A DNA stretch of 64,000 nt from Hypanus sabinus (lineage: Eukaryota), in assembly GCF_030144855.1 (NCBI RefSeq), contig NC_082712.1, positions 11,966,001 through 12,030,000 of the forward strand, in the 5' to 3' direction. The notes under the pieces were generated by a model. The model saw only the letters and a list, made by a program, of their open reading frames with translations, searched no databases and was not told where the DNA came from. A program made the translations under genes and the position numbers. Each line of letters opens with the position of its first letter. The stretch's first letter is position 1. Positions 37,801-50,791 of this stretch are shown one piece after another.

Positions 37801-39027
37801 GAAATATAGAGCGTTACAGGCTGGGGTCGAGTCAGGGTTTCGGGGGTTTGTCATTGTCGTCTGTTCCCTGGGGCCGATGGCTTTTACAATCCTGCCACTT
37901 CATTTTCAGATGGGGAAGTGATTGGAGAATCGGGGGCACCGGTTACGGAGAGGAGAGCTCTTGGAATTAGCTCGGAGTGACGGAACAGTTGCAGCATTCA
38001 GGAGGACATTCAGCCCATTGAGTTCATACTGGCCCTGTGTAAGAACAACCCAGCCAGTCCCTCTCCCCTCACCACCAGATTCTGGCATCTTTCACCTTCC
38101 TTTCCAGTCCTGGTGAAGGATCCCAGGCCAAAATATTGACTGTTTATTCCCCTCCATAGAAGCTGCCTGAGCTGCTGAGATCCTCCAGCATTTTGTGTGT
38201 TACTCACGTTGTGGTCGATCGTGATGTCAGAAGTTCATTTTTATTACCTGATAATGGGAAACAGAATGGCTCCGTGAACCTCAGGCACCTGGTGAGCCAG
38301 GGAGGCAACAACCGGGATTTCTCAGTAGCAGATGACCATAGATTTACTGTATTTAACACGAGAACATAGAACACAGAGCAGTAGAGCACAGGCACAGGCC
38401 CTTCGGCCCACAATGTTGTGCTAAACCAATTAAATTAGTGACCTACTAAACTAACCCCTCTGCCTACACAATGTCCATTTCAATGTCCAATGTCTGTTCA
38501 TGTGCTGATCAAGATGTCTCTTAAAAGCCACTAATGTATCTGCCTGTAACACCTCCCCAGGCAGAGCATTCCAGTCACCCGGCACTGTCTGTGTAAAACA
38601 TTTACCCCTCACATCCCCTCTAAACCCCTTTCACCTTCAACGCAGGCCTTTGGTGTTAGACATTTCAACCCTGGGAGGAAGATACTCTCTGTCTGCTCTC
38701 TCTGTGCCTCTCATAATCTTACAAACTCTATCAAATCTCCCCTCAGACTCCGTCGCTCCAGAGAAAACATATAGCACATGCCCTCTAATCCAGGCATCAT
38801 CCTGGTGAACCTCGTCTGTACCCTCTCCAAAGCCTCAACATACCTCCTACAGTGGGGTGACCAGAACTGTACACAATACTCCAGATGTGGCCTAGCTAGA
38901 GTTTTATAAGGCTGTAACAAAACTTCATGACCTTAGCCTGGGTGGAGGAGGGGAAAGGACACTGAGAATAAGAATCAAGAGGTTATAGTCATTGAGGGGG
39001 GATCTCTTTGCAACCTGATAGGTAACC

Positions 39028-39196
39028 TGAATATTTATAGGCCTAGATAGAGTGGATGTGGAGAGGATCTTTCCTATAATCAGTTTGAATATTTATAGGC
39101 CGAGATAGAGTGGATGTGGAGAGGATTGTTCCTATAGTCGGTTCGAATATTGATAGGCCTAGGTAGAATGGATTTGGAGAACATCTTTCCTATAGT
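39028..39196 (+). repeat. 58-bp triplication of a CR1-derived segment
   Basis: Units start at about 39029, 39087 and 39145 (gaatatttataggcctagatagagtggatgtggagaggatctttcctata). Confidence 0.85.
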
Positions 39197-39599
39197 CATT
39201 TGGTGGAAGAACATCTCAGATTCCATCGGAGGGGGGGGGGGGGGGGCCTCCATCCTGACAGCATCAGCATCGATTTCTCCAAGTTGTGGTAATTTCTCCT
39301 CCCTTCTCCCTTCTCTCTGATACGCCCTCCTTTTCTCCTTACCTGCCTATCACCTCCCTCTGATTCCCCTTCTCCATCCTTTCCTCCCATGGTCTACTCT
39401 CCTATCCTATCAGATCCCTTCTTCTTCAGCACTTTACCTTTTCCACCTATCACCTCCTAGCTTCTTACTTCATTCCACTGCCCTACCCAGACACCCTCTC
39501 TCTCACCTGGTCTCTTCTCTCACCACCATCTTGTACTCCATCCCCTCCCCCCCACCTTTGAATATTGTCTTAGAACACAGAACATTGAAATTTACAGAA

Positions 39600-42500
39600 C
39601 ATTGCAGGTGCTTCGTAGCATAATGTTGTACCAACCATGGAAACCTGCTCTAAAAACGGCCTAGAGTTTCCCCAGCGCATAGTCCTCTATTTTTCTAAGC
39701 TCCACGTACCTACCTAAGGGGCTCTTAAAAGACCCTATTGTACACTTTCATCACCGCCACTGACAGTGCATTCCACGCACTCACCACTCTCTGTATGAAA
39801 AACTTACTCCTGACATCACCTCGGTACCTATTTCCAAGCACCTTCAAACTATTCCCCCTCATTTTAGCCATTTCAGCCCTGGGAAAAAGCCTCTGGGTAT
39901 CAACATGATCAATGCCCCTCGTCATCTTATACACCCCTATCAGGTCACCTCTCATCCTCCGTCACTCCAAGGAGAAAAGGCCAAGATCACTCAACCTATT
40001 CTCATAAGGTATGCTCCCCAATCCAGGCAACATCCTCGTAAATCTCCTCTTCACACTCTCTATAGTATCCACATTCTTCCTGTAGTGAAGTGACCAGAAC
40101 TAAGCACAGTACTCCAAGTAGGGTCTGACCAGGGTCTTATATCGTTGTAACATTACCTCATGGCTCTTGAACTCAATCCGACAACTGATAAATGCCAACA
40201 CACCATATACCTTCTTAACAACACTGTCAACCTGTGCAGCAGCTTTGAGTGTCCTATGAACACAGACCCAATGATCTCTTTGATCCTCCACACTGCCAAG
40301 ACTTACCATTAATACTATATTCTGCCATCATATTTGACCTAGCAAAATGAACCACTTCACACTTATCCAGGTTGAAGTCCATATGCCACTTCTCAGCCCA
40401 GTTCTGCATCCTATCAATTTCCCACTGTAGCCTCTGACAGCCCTCCACACTATCCAAAACACCTCCAATCTTTGTGTCATCAGCAAACTTTCTAACCCAT
40501 CCTTCTACTTCTTCATCCAGGTCACTTAAAAATTACAAGGAGGACGGAAACCAGTACAGATCCTGGCGAAACTCCACAGTCCACCGACCTCCATGCAGAA
40601 CATGGACCATCTACGTCACCCTTTGCCTTCTGTGGTCAAGCCAATTCTGGATCCACAAATCAAGGTCTCCTTGGATCCCATGCCTCCTTACTTTCCGAAG
40701 GAGCCTTGCATGAGGAACCTTATGGAATGCCCAAATGAAATCCATATTCACTACATCAGCTGATTTACCTTCATCCATGTGTTTTGTTACATCCTCAGGG
40801 ACTTCAACCAGGCTCGTAAGGCACGACCTGCCCTTGACAAAGCCATGCTGATTATCCCTAATCAGATGATGTCTCTCCAAATACTCATAAATCCTGCCTT
40901 TCAGGATATTGTCCAGGAAATTGCCCACCACTGAAGTCAGACTCTCTGGTCCATACTTTCCTGGGTTATCTCTACTCCCTTTCTTGATCATGGGAACAAC
41001 ATTTGTAAACTTCCAATACTCTGGTACTTCTCCCATTCCTATCGATGATGCAACGATCATTGCAAGAGGCTCAGCAATCTCCTCCCTCACTTCCCACAGT
41101 AGCCTGGGGTATATCTCATCCAGTCCCAGTAAACTATCTAACTTTATGCTTTTCGAAAGGTCTGGCACATTCTCTCTCCTTGCACACGTTTCCACCATCG
41201 CACCTAATGGGTCCTATTCTCAAACGGGTCATCCTCGTGCTCTTCACATACTTGTAGAATGTTTAGGGTTTTCCTTAATCCTGCTCACCAAGACCTTCTC
41301 ATGGCCCCTTCTGGCTCTCCTAATTCCATTCTTAAGCTCCTTCCTAGCAACCTTGGAATTTTCTAGAGCTCTAACAGTACCTAGTTTCTTGAACCTTTCG
41401 TACGCTTTTCTTTTCTGCTTAACTAGATTTTCCACATCCTTTGTACACCATGGTTCTTCAACCCTACCAACCTTTCCCTGCCTCAATGGAACATACCTAT
41501 GCAGAACTCCATGCAAATCTTCCCTGAATATTTGACACATTTTGGCCGTGCATTTCATTGAGAACATCTCCTCCCAATTTATTCTCCTAAGTTCCTGTTT
41601 GTTACATACCCATAATGGTTTAAATGAACCAGCAGCAATAGACCACGCCTGTAGTCTGGTTTTGATGTTGAAACCACTATCTTTATTAGTATCTACTTAA
41701 CATAGCAGCGTAAACAAGAATAATCAAAAGTTAACAGTGTTATGAGTATCCATATGTGTAAATATAACTCCCAAACTACTGAGCTCGGGGGGCGGGGGGG
41801 CTCCAGGCTTAAAATCGTGAGATGGTGAGGTATGAAAGTTCAGTTCATCCTCAGATTAAATGATGTGAGAGAGAGAGATTTGTAATCCAAGGTGAATGTC
41901 GAGAGAGGGCATTTATGTCGTATTCCACAAGTTCCATGGTGGTAAAACAAGATAACAATTGCCATAGGATTTATCCATTGTTATTCCAAATCCTTTTACA
42001 GATTATCACCAATAGTAGCTTATCACAAGGATAAGGGAACTACAAAGGGAACTACCACCCAGGCAAGGGTTAACACATAGGTAGATTCCACAAGATTGCC
42101 CCCATTCACACAACGTGACAGCCACTTATCAACGTGCTGGGTCAATGCACAACCCACCCTTGTGGGCACTCGGAAGTTCCAACCAGTGACCCCTTAGTCA
42201 CTGGCTTCCTTCCCTTGTCCGACTCCAACTGCGACTGACTGTGTGTGAGTGAGTGTCCTTGCTTAAATCAAAACAAGCTGCAGAGTTGAATAGTTCCGCC
42301 CCTCTCTCTCTCTTAGTGAGAATCAAACAGGAGCTGAGAAAGCTGGTGGCTGACGTCACTCAGGCATTCTCTCTTAAAATGACAGTTCACGGCAAGATAG
42401 ACCTAGGGGTTCATCACACTCCCTAACAGCATCATATTTCCCCCGACCCCAATTACGTGTTTTCCCAAATTGTCCGCTCCTATCCCTCTCCAGAGCTATG

Positions 42501-43640
42501 GTGAAGAAGACAGAGTTGTGCTCATTACCTCCAAAATGTTCTCCCACAGAGAGATCTGACACATGACCAGGTTCATTTCCCAATACCAGATCGAGTACAG
42601 CCTCTCCTCTCGTTGGCTTATCTACATATTGTGTCAGAAAGCCTTCCTGAACACACCTAACAAACTCCACCCCATTAAACCCCTCTCTCTAGGGAGATTC
42701 CAGTCAATAGTAGGACAGTTAAAATCACCAATCACAACAACCTTATTATTAGAATAATCTGTCTCCCTATCTGCTCCTCGGTATCCATGTTACTATTGCA
42801 GGGTCTATAAAAACACCCAGTAGAGTTATTACCCCTTTCTGTTTGTGACCTCCACCCACACTAACTCCGTAGACCATCCCTCCATGACTTCCTCCTTTTC
42901 TGCAGCCATGACACTATCCCTAATTAGCAATGTCATGCCCCCAGCTCTTTTGCCTCCCTCTCTGTTCTTTTAGAAACCTCTGAAGCCGGGTATAATCAGC
43001 AGCCATTCCTATTCCTGAGGCATCCAAGTCTCTGTAATGACCACAACGTCAATGTATTGATCCACGCTCTAAGTTAATCGGTCTTGTTTATGATACTCCT
43101 TGCATGAAAATAGACACATCTCAAACCAAAAGGCTGAGTGCAACTTCGCTCTAACATCTACCCATCCCTCCTCACAAACTCACTACTGTCTCTACTTGTG
43201 CTCCAACCTCCCCATCTTCTGCCTTTTCACTTCGGTTCCCACACCACTGCAAATCTCGTTTAAACCCTCCCCAAAAGCCTTAGCAAACTTCCCCGCAAGG
43301 ATATTGGTCCCCCTCAGATTCAAGTGCAACCTGTCCTCTTTGTACAGGTCATACCTGCCCCAGAACAGGTCCCAAGGATCCAAAAATCCTTCAACCACAC
43401 ATTGATCCTCCATCTCATTCTATTCCTATACTCACTGTCATGTGGCACAGGCAGCAATCCCGAGATTACTATCTTCGAGGTCCTGCTTCCCAGCTGCCTT
43501 CCGATCTCCCTCTATTCTGTCTTTAGGACCTCCACCCTTTTTCTGCCTTTGTCGTTGGTACCAATATGTACCACGACCTCTGGCTGCTCACCCTCCCATT
43601 TCAGGATATTGTGGACTGCCCCCGTCCTTTCCAGCCCAAA
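39600..43640 (-). mobile_element. Long degraded CR1 (ORF1-like esterase region to 3' end) interrupted by an LTR at 41600-42418
   Basis: Successive antisense CR1 segments: LHLNLRGTNILAGKF, VQEGFLTQYVDKPTR, NQHGFVKGRSCLT, RPYLEYCA. Confidence 0.88.
41600..42418 (-). mobile_element. Solo LTR-like insertion (TG...CA), no clean TSD
   Basis: Splits the CR1. The start resembles the LTR at 52089-52655 (gtgaactgtcattttaagagaga vs atgaactatgctcttaaaaagaga). Contains a palindromic TGACGTCA. Confidence 0.6.
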
Positions 43641-45929
43641 TCGATGACAGTACATTCCTCTCAGTAGTTGATGCCTGATCTGCTGAATTCCTCCAGCATT
43701 TCCTGTGTGTTACTCCACAGGGCACAGCTTCAGCTTAGAGGGACGTACCTTTAGAATGGAGATGAGGAGGGATGTCTTTAGCCAGAAGGCATTGAATCTG
43801 TGGAATTTATTGCCACAGAAGTTTGTGGAGGCTGTCATTGGGTGTACTTAATGCAGAGGTTGATAGGTTTTTGACTTCTAAAGGGATCAAAGGTTATATG
43901 GAGAAGGCAGGAAAATGGGGTGAAGAAGGATAATAAATCCTAAAATTGCGAGTTGCTACAGTGGTTACAGTGTACAGTGGTTACAGTTATGCTGTTACAG
44001 AACCAGCAACCTGGGTTCAATTCCCACAGTTGCCTGTATGGAATTTGATGAAAGGTCTTGTCTCAAAACCTCAACAATTTATTCCCCTCCATAGATTCTG
44101 CCTGACCTGCTGTTTCTCCAGCATTTTATGTGGCTCTGAATTTCCAGCATCTGCCAAATCTTTTCTGTTTGTGCTTTTGCATGGAGCCAGCCTGAGGTCA
44201 ATGGGCAGAATGGCCTTTTAAAAGGGCTACAACCAGTGCTCAATGCCATCAAGCAGTAAAACCTCTTGCTTCAATGCACTTCAGTGGAACCTGTGACAGT
44301 TTTGCAAACAGCAATCCAATAGAGCACTCGATCAAAATGTCCATTATTGTCAGGTAGATTATTGAACTTGTAAAGCTTCTGGCAAGCAATAAACAAAAGC
44401 TGGAAATCTCGAGCAACAAACACAAAATTCTGGAGGAACTCGGCAAATCAGGCAGCACCTATGGAGAGGAATAAACTGTCAACATTTCAAGCTGAGATCC
44501 TAATGCAGTTCTTGCATCCTTTACAGATAGGGTAAATGCAAGCAGACTTTTTCCACTGAGGATGGGTGGGACTACAAACAGAGGTCACGGGTAGAGGGTG
44601 TAAGGTGAAAATTTTAAGAGGAACTCAGAAGGTGGTGAGACTGGAATGACTCTATCAACAACACGGCTTCATTGGGAGGTTGAGATGGGGGTCAAACTAT
44701 GACCATGTCCAACAAGACAGAGTTACTTACATACCCAGAGCAGAACTGGCTAATATGAGAGGGTCTAATTTTAAGGTGACTGGTGAAAGTATAATGAGTA
44801 AGTTTTCGACAGAGAGTGGTGGGTGTGTGGAACATCCTGGTGGTCGTAGAGGCTGAGACATTAGGGACACTTAGATAGACACACTGATGGAAGAGAAATG
44901 GAGGGTTATGTGGGAGGGAAGGGTTAGATTGATCTTGGGGCAGGGTAAAAGATTGGAGCAACATTGAGAGCTGAAGGGACTGTACTGTGCTGGACCGTCC
45001 AGTGTTCTCTGCGTCCTTTTGGTATTCAATAGATGGCCACAAGTGTGAAGCAGAAAAAAAACCATTGTTACTCTGGATCCAATGAGGCACAAAAATACAA
45101 TAAAATAAAGAGCCAATAATAATAACACAATAAATATAAATACTGTACATATGATAGTTTCTATACATAGATTGATATATAGATTGACAGATAGACTTTA
45201 TGTCCATAAAGTGACTCCAGGCTCAGGAGTGTCTGTACTTCAGGTGACTGACAGGAAATGATAAAGTTGTTGTTCATATGGAACTTTATGTATATACAAT
45301 CAATCCACATAAATAAGCTGTCTAATGTACTAATACTTATTGTGTTCTTTAGTATTATAAATTATTATGTTATTCTTATTCAACTTCAATATAATATCCC
45401 AACTCTGTACTCAATATGTCTTCACCAACATCTTGTACAACTACAACATCACACAACCCAGGACAACAGTGACCACTTGAGCACCCAGTCAGTACTCCCT
45501 CCTTCCACCGCCAGCGCACAGTGGCCGCGGTGTGCGCCGTCTACAACACGCAACGCAGTTACTCGCCCTGCTATTCCAGCAGCCACCACCTCTCCACATC
45601 AGGGTATCGGGTGGATGTGAACACCACCACCCGCAGGCTCCCCTCCCAAGTATATTCATTTACTGAGACACAATACAGAATAGGCCCCCTCCGGCCTTTT
45701 GAGCCGTGATGCCCAACAACCCGAGCCTAATCACGGGACAATTCACAATGATCAGTTAACCCACCAACCAGTAGATTGTGGGAGAAAACCAGAGCACCTG
45801 GAGGAAACCCATGAGGTCACAGTGAGTTCAGAGTTCAGAGTTCAATGTATATATAGATTATACAACCTTGTGATTTCTCTCCTTACAGGCAGCCACAGAA
45901 CAAAGAAACCCAAAAGAACCCATCATTAC

Positions 45930-47040
45930 TACAGTCCTGATTGATTAGTTACCGAAGCTGGGCCTCAGTACTTCTCTCTTCAACTGGATCCTCGAATTCC
46001 TAACCGGAATGTCACAATCTGTGCAGATTGCTAATAACATCTCCATCTCACTGACAATCAACACTGGTGCACCTCAAGGATGTGTTTTTAGCCACTGTTC
46101 TAGTCTCTCTACACCCATGACTGTATGTCTAGGCATAGCTCAAACACCATCTATAAATTTGCCGACAATACAATCATTGTTGGTAGATTCTCAGGTAGTG
46201 ATGAGAGGGCGTACAGGAGTGAGATATGCCGATTAGTGGAGTGGTGTCGCACCAACAACCTTGCACTCAACGTCAGTAAGACCAAAGAGCTGACCGTGGA
46301 CTTCAGAAGGGTAAGACGAGGGAACACAAACCAATCCTCATCAAGGGATCAGAAGTGGAGAGAGTGAGCAGTTTCAAATTCCAGGGTGTTTCAAAACATC
46401 GGAGGACCGAACCTGGTCCCAACATGTCGATGTGATTACAAAGAAGGTACGACAGCGGTTATATTTCACCAGGAGTTTGAGGAGATTTGGTATGTCACGT
46501 AAAAGGCTCGCCCATCTCTACAGACGTACGGTGGGGAGCATTCTGACTGGCTGCATCACCGCCTGGAATGGGGGGGTGGGGGGCTACAGCATAAGATGGA
46601 AGGAATCTGCAGAGAGCTGTAAAATTACTCGGCGCCATCGTGGGCTCGAGCCTCCGTAGTTTCCAACACATCTTCGAGGAGTGGTGCCTCAGAAAGGCAG
46701 CATCCATCATTAAGGACCCCCATCACCCAGGACATGCCCTGTTCTCATTGCTACCACCAGGCAGGAGGAACAGGAGCCTGAAGACACACACTCAGCGATT
46801 CCGGAACAGCTTCTTCCCTCTGCCATCCGATTTCTGAATGAACAATGAACCCTGAAAACTACCTCATTACTTTTTTACTTCTGTTTTGGTGCTATTATTT
46901 AACTACTTTATACACATATATACACTTACTGTGATTCAGTTTTTCTCTGTTATTAGGTATTGCATCGTTCTGCCGCCACAAAGTCAACAAGTTTCACAAC
47001 ATATGTCGGTGATAGTAAGCTTGATTCTGATTCTGAAGGC
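45930..47040 (+). mobile_element. Rex1/Babar RT and 3' end
   Basis: [39 protein letters not shown] and a ttgattctgattctga tail. Confidence 0.88.
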
Positions 47041-47454
47041 CGTCGAACAGCCAATGTGCAAAGGGGAAAGATCGTGAAAACAATAAAAATAAGCAAATAG
47101 CATTGAGAACTGAAGAACGTACAGAGAGCGGCGAGAATTGAACCTGGGTCACAGGGAACGTAAAGCATCACGCTAACCACCACACTACAGCTTCGCTCCA
47201 AATTCATCACCACCCAGGCTTGGAATTGTGCCCGGCCTTTAACTGGGATCAAACTTGGACGTCTCTTCCCAATAGTACTGGGGTTCATTGTCACCAGAAG
47301 GCAGTCCACCCCAGCACTCAGGGAAGGACAGGGTCCCAACGCCAACCCTCCACTGGCAGAACCAACGTCCAAATAGATCGCGCTGCACCACAAAGTAAAA
47401 CGAGCCTTTAGGAGAGAGACAACGGGGAGACAGGGGACAATGGAAAACACCTAC

Positions 47455-47515
47455 TGTATCCCCGGACTGAGACGGACAACAGGACGGTGCAGAGACAAAC
47501 CCGGAGAGAGAGCAT
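47455..47515 (-). CDS. Exon 1 (signal peptide) of a SIGLEC15-like receptor: MLSLRVCLCTVLLSVSVRGY + phase-1 base
   Basis: Minus strand reads ATG CTC TCT CTC CGG GTT TGT CTC TGC ACC GTC CTG TTG TCC GTC TCA GTC CGG GGA TAC A|GTAGGT. This is a basic N-terminus, a hydrophobic core and a small-residue cleavage region, followed by a good GT donor in phase 1 that matches the V1 exon. An ETS site lies about 90 bp upstream. Not in the ORF track (too short). Confidence 0.75.
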
Positions 47516-47525
47516 TTCCAGCGCT

Positions 47526-47564
47526 TCAGTGTGGAGTCCTCTCACACTTCAGTTCTTTCTTCAT
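47526..47564 (-). other. Candidate upstream ORF (MKKELKCERTPH*) ending 10 nt before the main ATG
   Basis: ATG at 47564-47562 and TGA at 47528-47526. Relevant only if the TSS is upstream of 47564. Confidence 0.35.
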
Positions 47565-47602
47565 TCTCTCGCTGAAATACAGAAGCTGCTCGATTTGCTG
47601 CT

Positions 47603-47613
47603 TCACTTCCTCA
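47603..47613 (-). promoter_or_regulatory. PU.1/ETS-type site (GAGGAAGTGAAG, one mismatch from an ETS-IRF composite element) in the putative TATA-less promoter
   Basis: Plus strand cttcacttcctc at 47601-47612, about 90 bp upstream of the leader ATG; GAGGAAGTG matches the PU.1 core consensus. Confidence 0.5.
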
Positions 47614-47644
47614 AAAAAACATTTTCAGGAACTGTCGAACTTAG

Positions 47645-47703
47645 TTAGAAGTCTTTGGCACCCCAGCTATATATAGGTGTCTAAGACTTTTGCACGGAAC
47701 TGT
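47645..47703. mobile_element. Tiny palindromic Tc1-type MITE immediately upstream of the putative promoter
   Basis: Arms aagtctttggcacc / ggtgtctaagactt around ccagctatatata; ends ...gcacggaactgta. Confidence 0.6.
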
Positions 47704-49074
47704 AGAATTTCCAGAGAATTCTGCAGGAGGCTGGATAGAAAGTCATAGAACAGTACAGCACAGGAAAAAACATTTCAGTCCACAAACTACTTAAATTCGT
47801 AATTAAATGTTTAACTAAACCAACTAACTGTTTCTGCTACACCAAGTCTATATCCCAAACCACAATTCATGCATCAGTCCAAGAGTCTCTTAAACGCCTC
47901 TACGGAATCTGTCTCCCCCCGCCCCCCCAACCCCGGCAGTGCGTTCTGCACACCCACCGCTCTCTCTGTAAAGATAAATTTGTCCCCACACCCCCTTTGA
48001 AATTACCCCCTCCCAGCTGAATCACACACCCTCTGGTATCAGACATTCTTCAGCCAGACAGTCGTGATTCTGTGAAATTCATCGCCACAGATGACTGTGG
48101 GAAGCCAAGTCACTGCGTATATTTGAAATGGAGTCTGATAGTTTCTTCATTAGGAAGTGTATCAAAGGTTACAGAGAGAGGGCAGGGACATGGGGTTGAA
48201 GGGGAAACTAAATCAGCCATAATGGAATGGTGGAACAGACTCGATGGACCGAATGGCCTAATTCTGCTCCTATATCTTGTGACCTTATGGTCCAATTCCA
48301 AGAGTGAACAGGGATAAGATACATGGATCTGGCAATTGCAATTAGTGGGTGGGGTCAAAGGGAAAGAGACCATAAAGTACTGGATTGGAGGGGGAGAGAA
48401 CTGACCAGGAGGAAGAGGTCCTGCAGGTAACTGGACACAGGCGGAGTTAGTGTCCGGGGTTTCACCGAAGGCAGTGTGACCATCATCACGGGGGCACAGA
48501 GACTGCAGATGCTGGAAACAAAACACACTGCAGGAACCCCGGATTCAACATTCAACATTCAAATTGTTTCAGATCATTTCCAGCAGACAAGTGTAAAGGA
48601 GAATGAAATAATTGTTACTCGGGGTTCGAAGCAACTCAAAAAAACACTGAGATAAAGAACACAATAATACAAAAAGTACACAAAATAAGTATAAACACAT
48701 AAGATAGTTTCTATGCACAGATCAATTGTGTGTCCTTAAAGTGACATGAGGCACAGGAGTGTGTGCACATAAGGTGACTGTCAGGAAATGATGAAGTTGT
48801 GGTGGTGGGGGTGTGGAGAGGGGAGGGATTGATCAGACTTGCTGCTTGGGCAAAGTAACTGTTTTTGAGTCTGGTGGTCCTGGTGTGGTGCTGATGGGAG
48901 TGGGACAAACAGACCATGAGCGAGGGGTGGGTGGGTGTGAGATCATTCATGGTGTTACCTGGCTCTTTATTGGCACATTTCTGTGTATATATGAGTTTGA
49001 TGCTGGGTAGGCTGCTGCCAGCAATGCATTAGGCAGTTTTGACTACTCGTTGTAAAGGGTTAATGTTGTTATAG

Positions 49075-49510
49075 CTGAGGGTGGTAATACGGACAAGCTC
49101 CCACTACCTATTAAATGCTCCCAATGGCGTCTGCCTCAAAGAGCCCCTGACAGCCAAGTCCAGCTCCCGCCCTTCACGTGTGGCTCAGCTACTAAACCCA
49201 GAGGAACCATTTCTAATGACAGGAGAAGGGGCAAATGTGGGTTACAGACACTTTAAAACCAGTCGCTTAGGGCAGATGGCAGCTCATCTAGGAGAGGGAA
49301 AACTCTGATCTCAAATCCCCACCCCTTGTGACTGTATTCACTCATGAGGAAGGCCTCGGGAGTAAACCCCCAAGGTGAAATTCTGGAGCTGGAGTCCATC
49401 AGGCAGCCCTACGTTAAGTTCAACACTGACTGGCAACTCCTCGATGCAACTGGTGCCAAACTGTACCAGTCTCTGCCATTCCTTTGGGTTCATCAGATGC
49501 TTGGAGAGGG
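49075..49510 (+). mobile_element. RTE-type 5' UTR repeat (related reverse fragment about 51150-51310)
   Basis: ggacaagctcccactacctattaaatgctcccaatggcg...gggagtaaacccc; the reverse copy carries gggtttactcccgaagcc. Family assignment is from memory. Confidence 0.5.
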
Positions 49511-50595
49511 GGAACCACCCCCCTCTTAAATATACATAATGACTCGGCCTCCATAGCTGCCTACGGCAACAAACTCTACAGATTCACCACTCTCTGGCTA
49601 AAGAATTTCCTCCTCATCTCTATTCTAAAAGGATGCCCCTCTATTCTGAGGCTGTGTCCTCTGGTCTTAGACTCTCCACCATAGGAAACATCCTCTCCAC
49701 ATCTACTCTATCGAGGCCTTTCACCATTCGATAGGATTCAATGAGGTCACTCCTCATTCTAATGAATTCTGGTGAGTAAAGGCCCAGAGACATTAAACAC
49801 TCTGAATGTGACAAGTCAATCGTTTTCATGAACCTCCTTTGAACCCTCTCCAGTTTCAGCACATCCTTTCTAAGATAAGGGGCCCAAAACTGCTTCCGAT
49901 ATTCAGAGGAACAAACAGAAGATTCTGTGGATGTGAACAGGACACCCAGATGCTATGTTGCCTCCCAGGTGCCAGAGTCAGGGGCATCACGGATTGCGTC
50001 CACAGCTTTATGCAGAGGGAGGGAGAGCAGCCAGACATTTTGATACATATTGGTACCAGTGACATCGGAAGGAAAAGCAAAGAGAGAATTTAGACAGCTC
50101 GGTAGAAAGCTGAGAAGCGGGACCTCCAGGGTAGTAATCTCTGGATTGCTGCCTGTGCCACGCGGCAGTGATGGTAGAAACAGGATGATTTGGTAGATCA
50201 ATGTGTGGCTGAGAAGCTGGGGCAGGGGGCAGGGCTTTGGTTTTGGATTATTGGGATCCCTTCTGTGGGAGGTATGACACTGTTCAAAAGTGACGGGTTT
50301 CACCTGAACTCAAGGGAAACCAATATTCTCACGGGCAGGTTTGTTAGAGCTGTGGGGGAGAGTTTAAACTAATTTGGCAGGGGGACAGGATCTTGAGTTC
50401 AGGGACTCAGGATAGGATGGATGGTAAAAAAGCAAAGATTGGCCGTCACATGGGGCTCAGCTTCTAAACCCAGAGGAACTCAAGGGAAACCAATATTCTC
50501 TTGGGTAGGTTTGTTAGAGCTGTTGGGGAGAGTTTAAACTAATTTGGCAGGGGGATAGGAACTAGAGTTCAGGGACTCGGGATAGGATGGATGGT

Positions 50596-50791
50596 TGATG
50601 CAACATCAATAACTCTCGGAGACGGGAGGCAAAAGATAGGCTTTTATTAGCTGAAAATGTGACCACGACATCTTGGAGACTGAGGGAGGAGCAGTGCCTC
50701 CAATCACCTTTATACAGGGGTCTGTGGGAGGAGCCACAGGAGCAGTCAGCAGAGGGGTGTGTCCAGACAGGTATACTCATAGTTTACCACA
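50596..50791 (-). mobile_element. Short (~196 bp) solo LTR with a 5-bp TSD (ATGGT)
   Basis: Reverse copy of 14400-14592; atggt at 50591-50595 and 50792-50796. Confidence 0.85.

Noticed and set aside
48355-48558. Alternative leader-like ORF (MLNVESGVPAVCFVSSICSLCAP...)
   Set aside because: Its start overlaps the common SINE/Penelope tail (tttccagcatctgcag), and it has no convincing signal peptide or donor.
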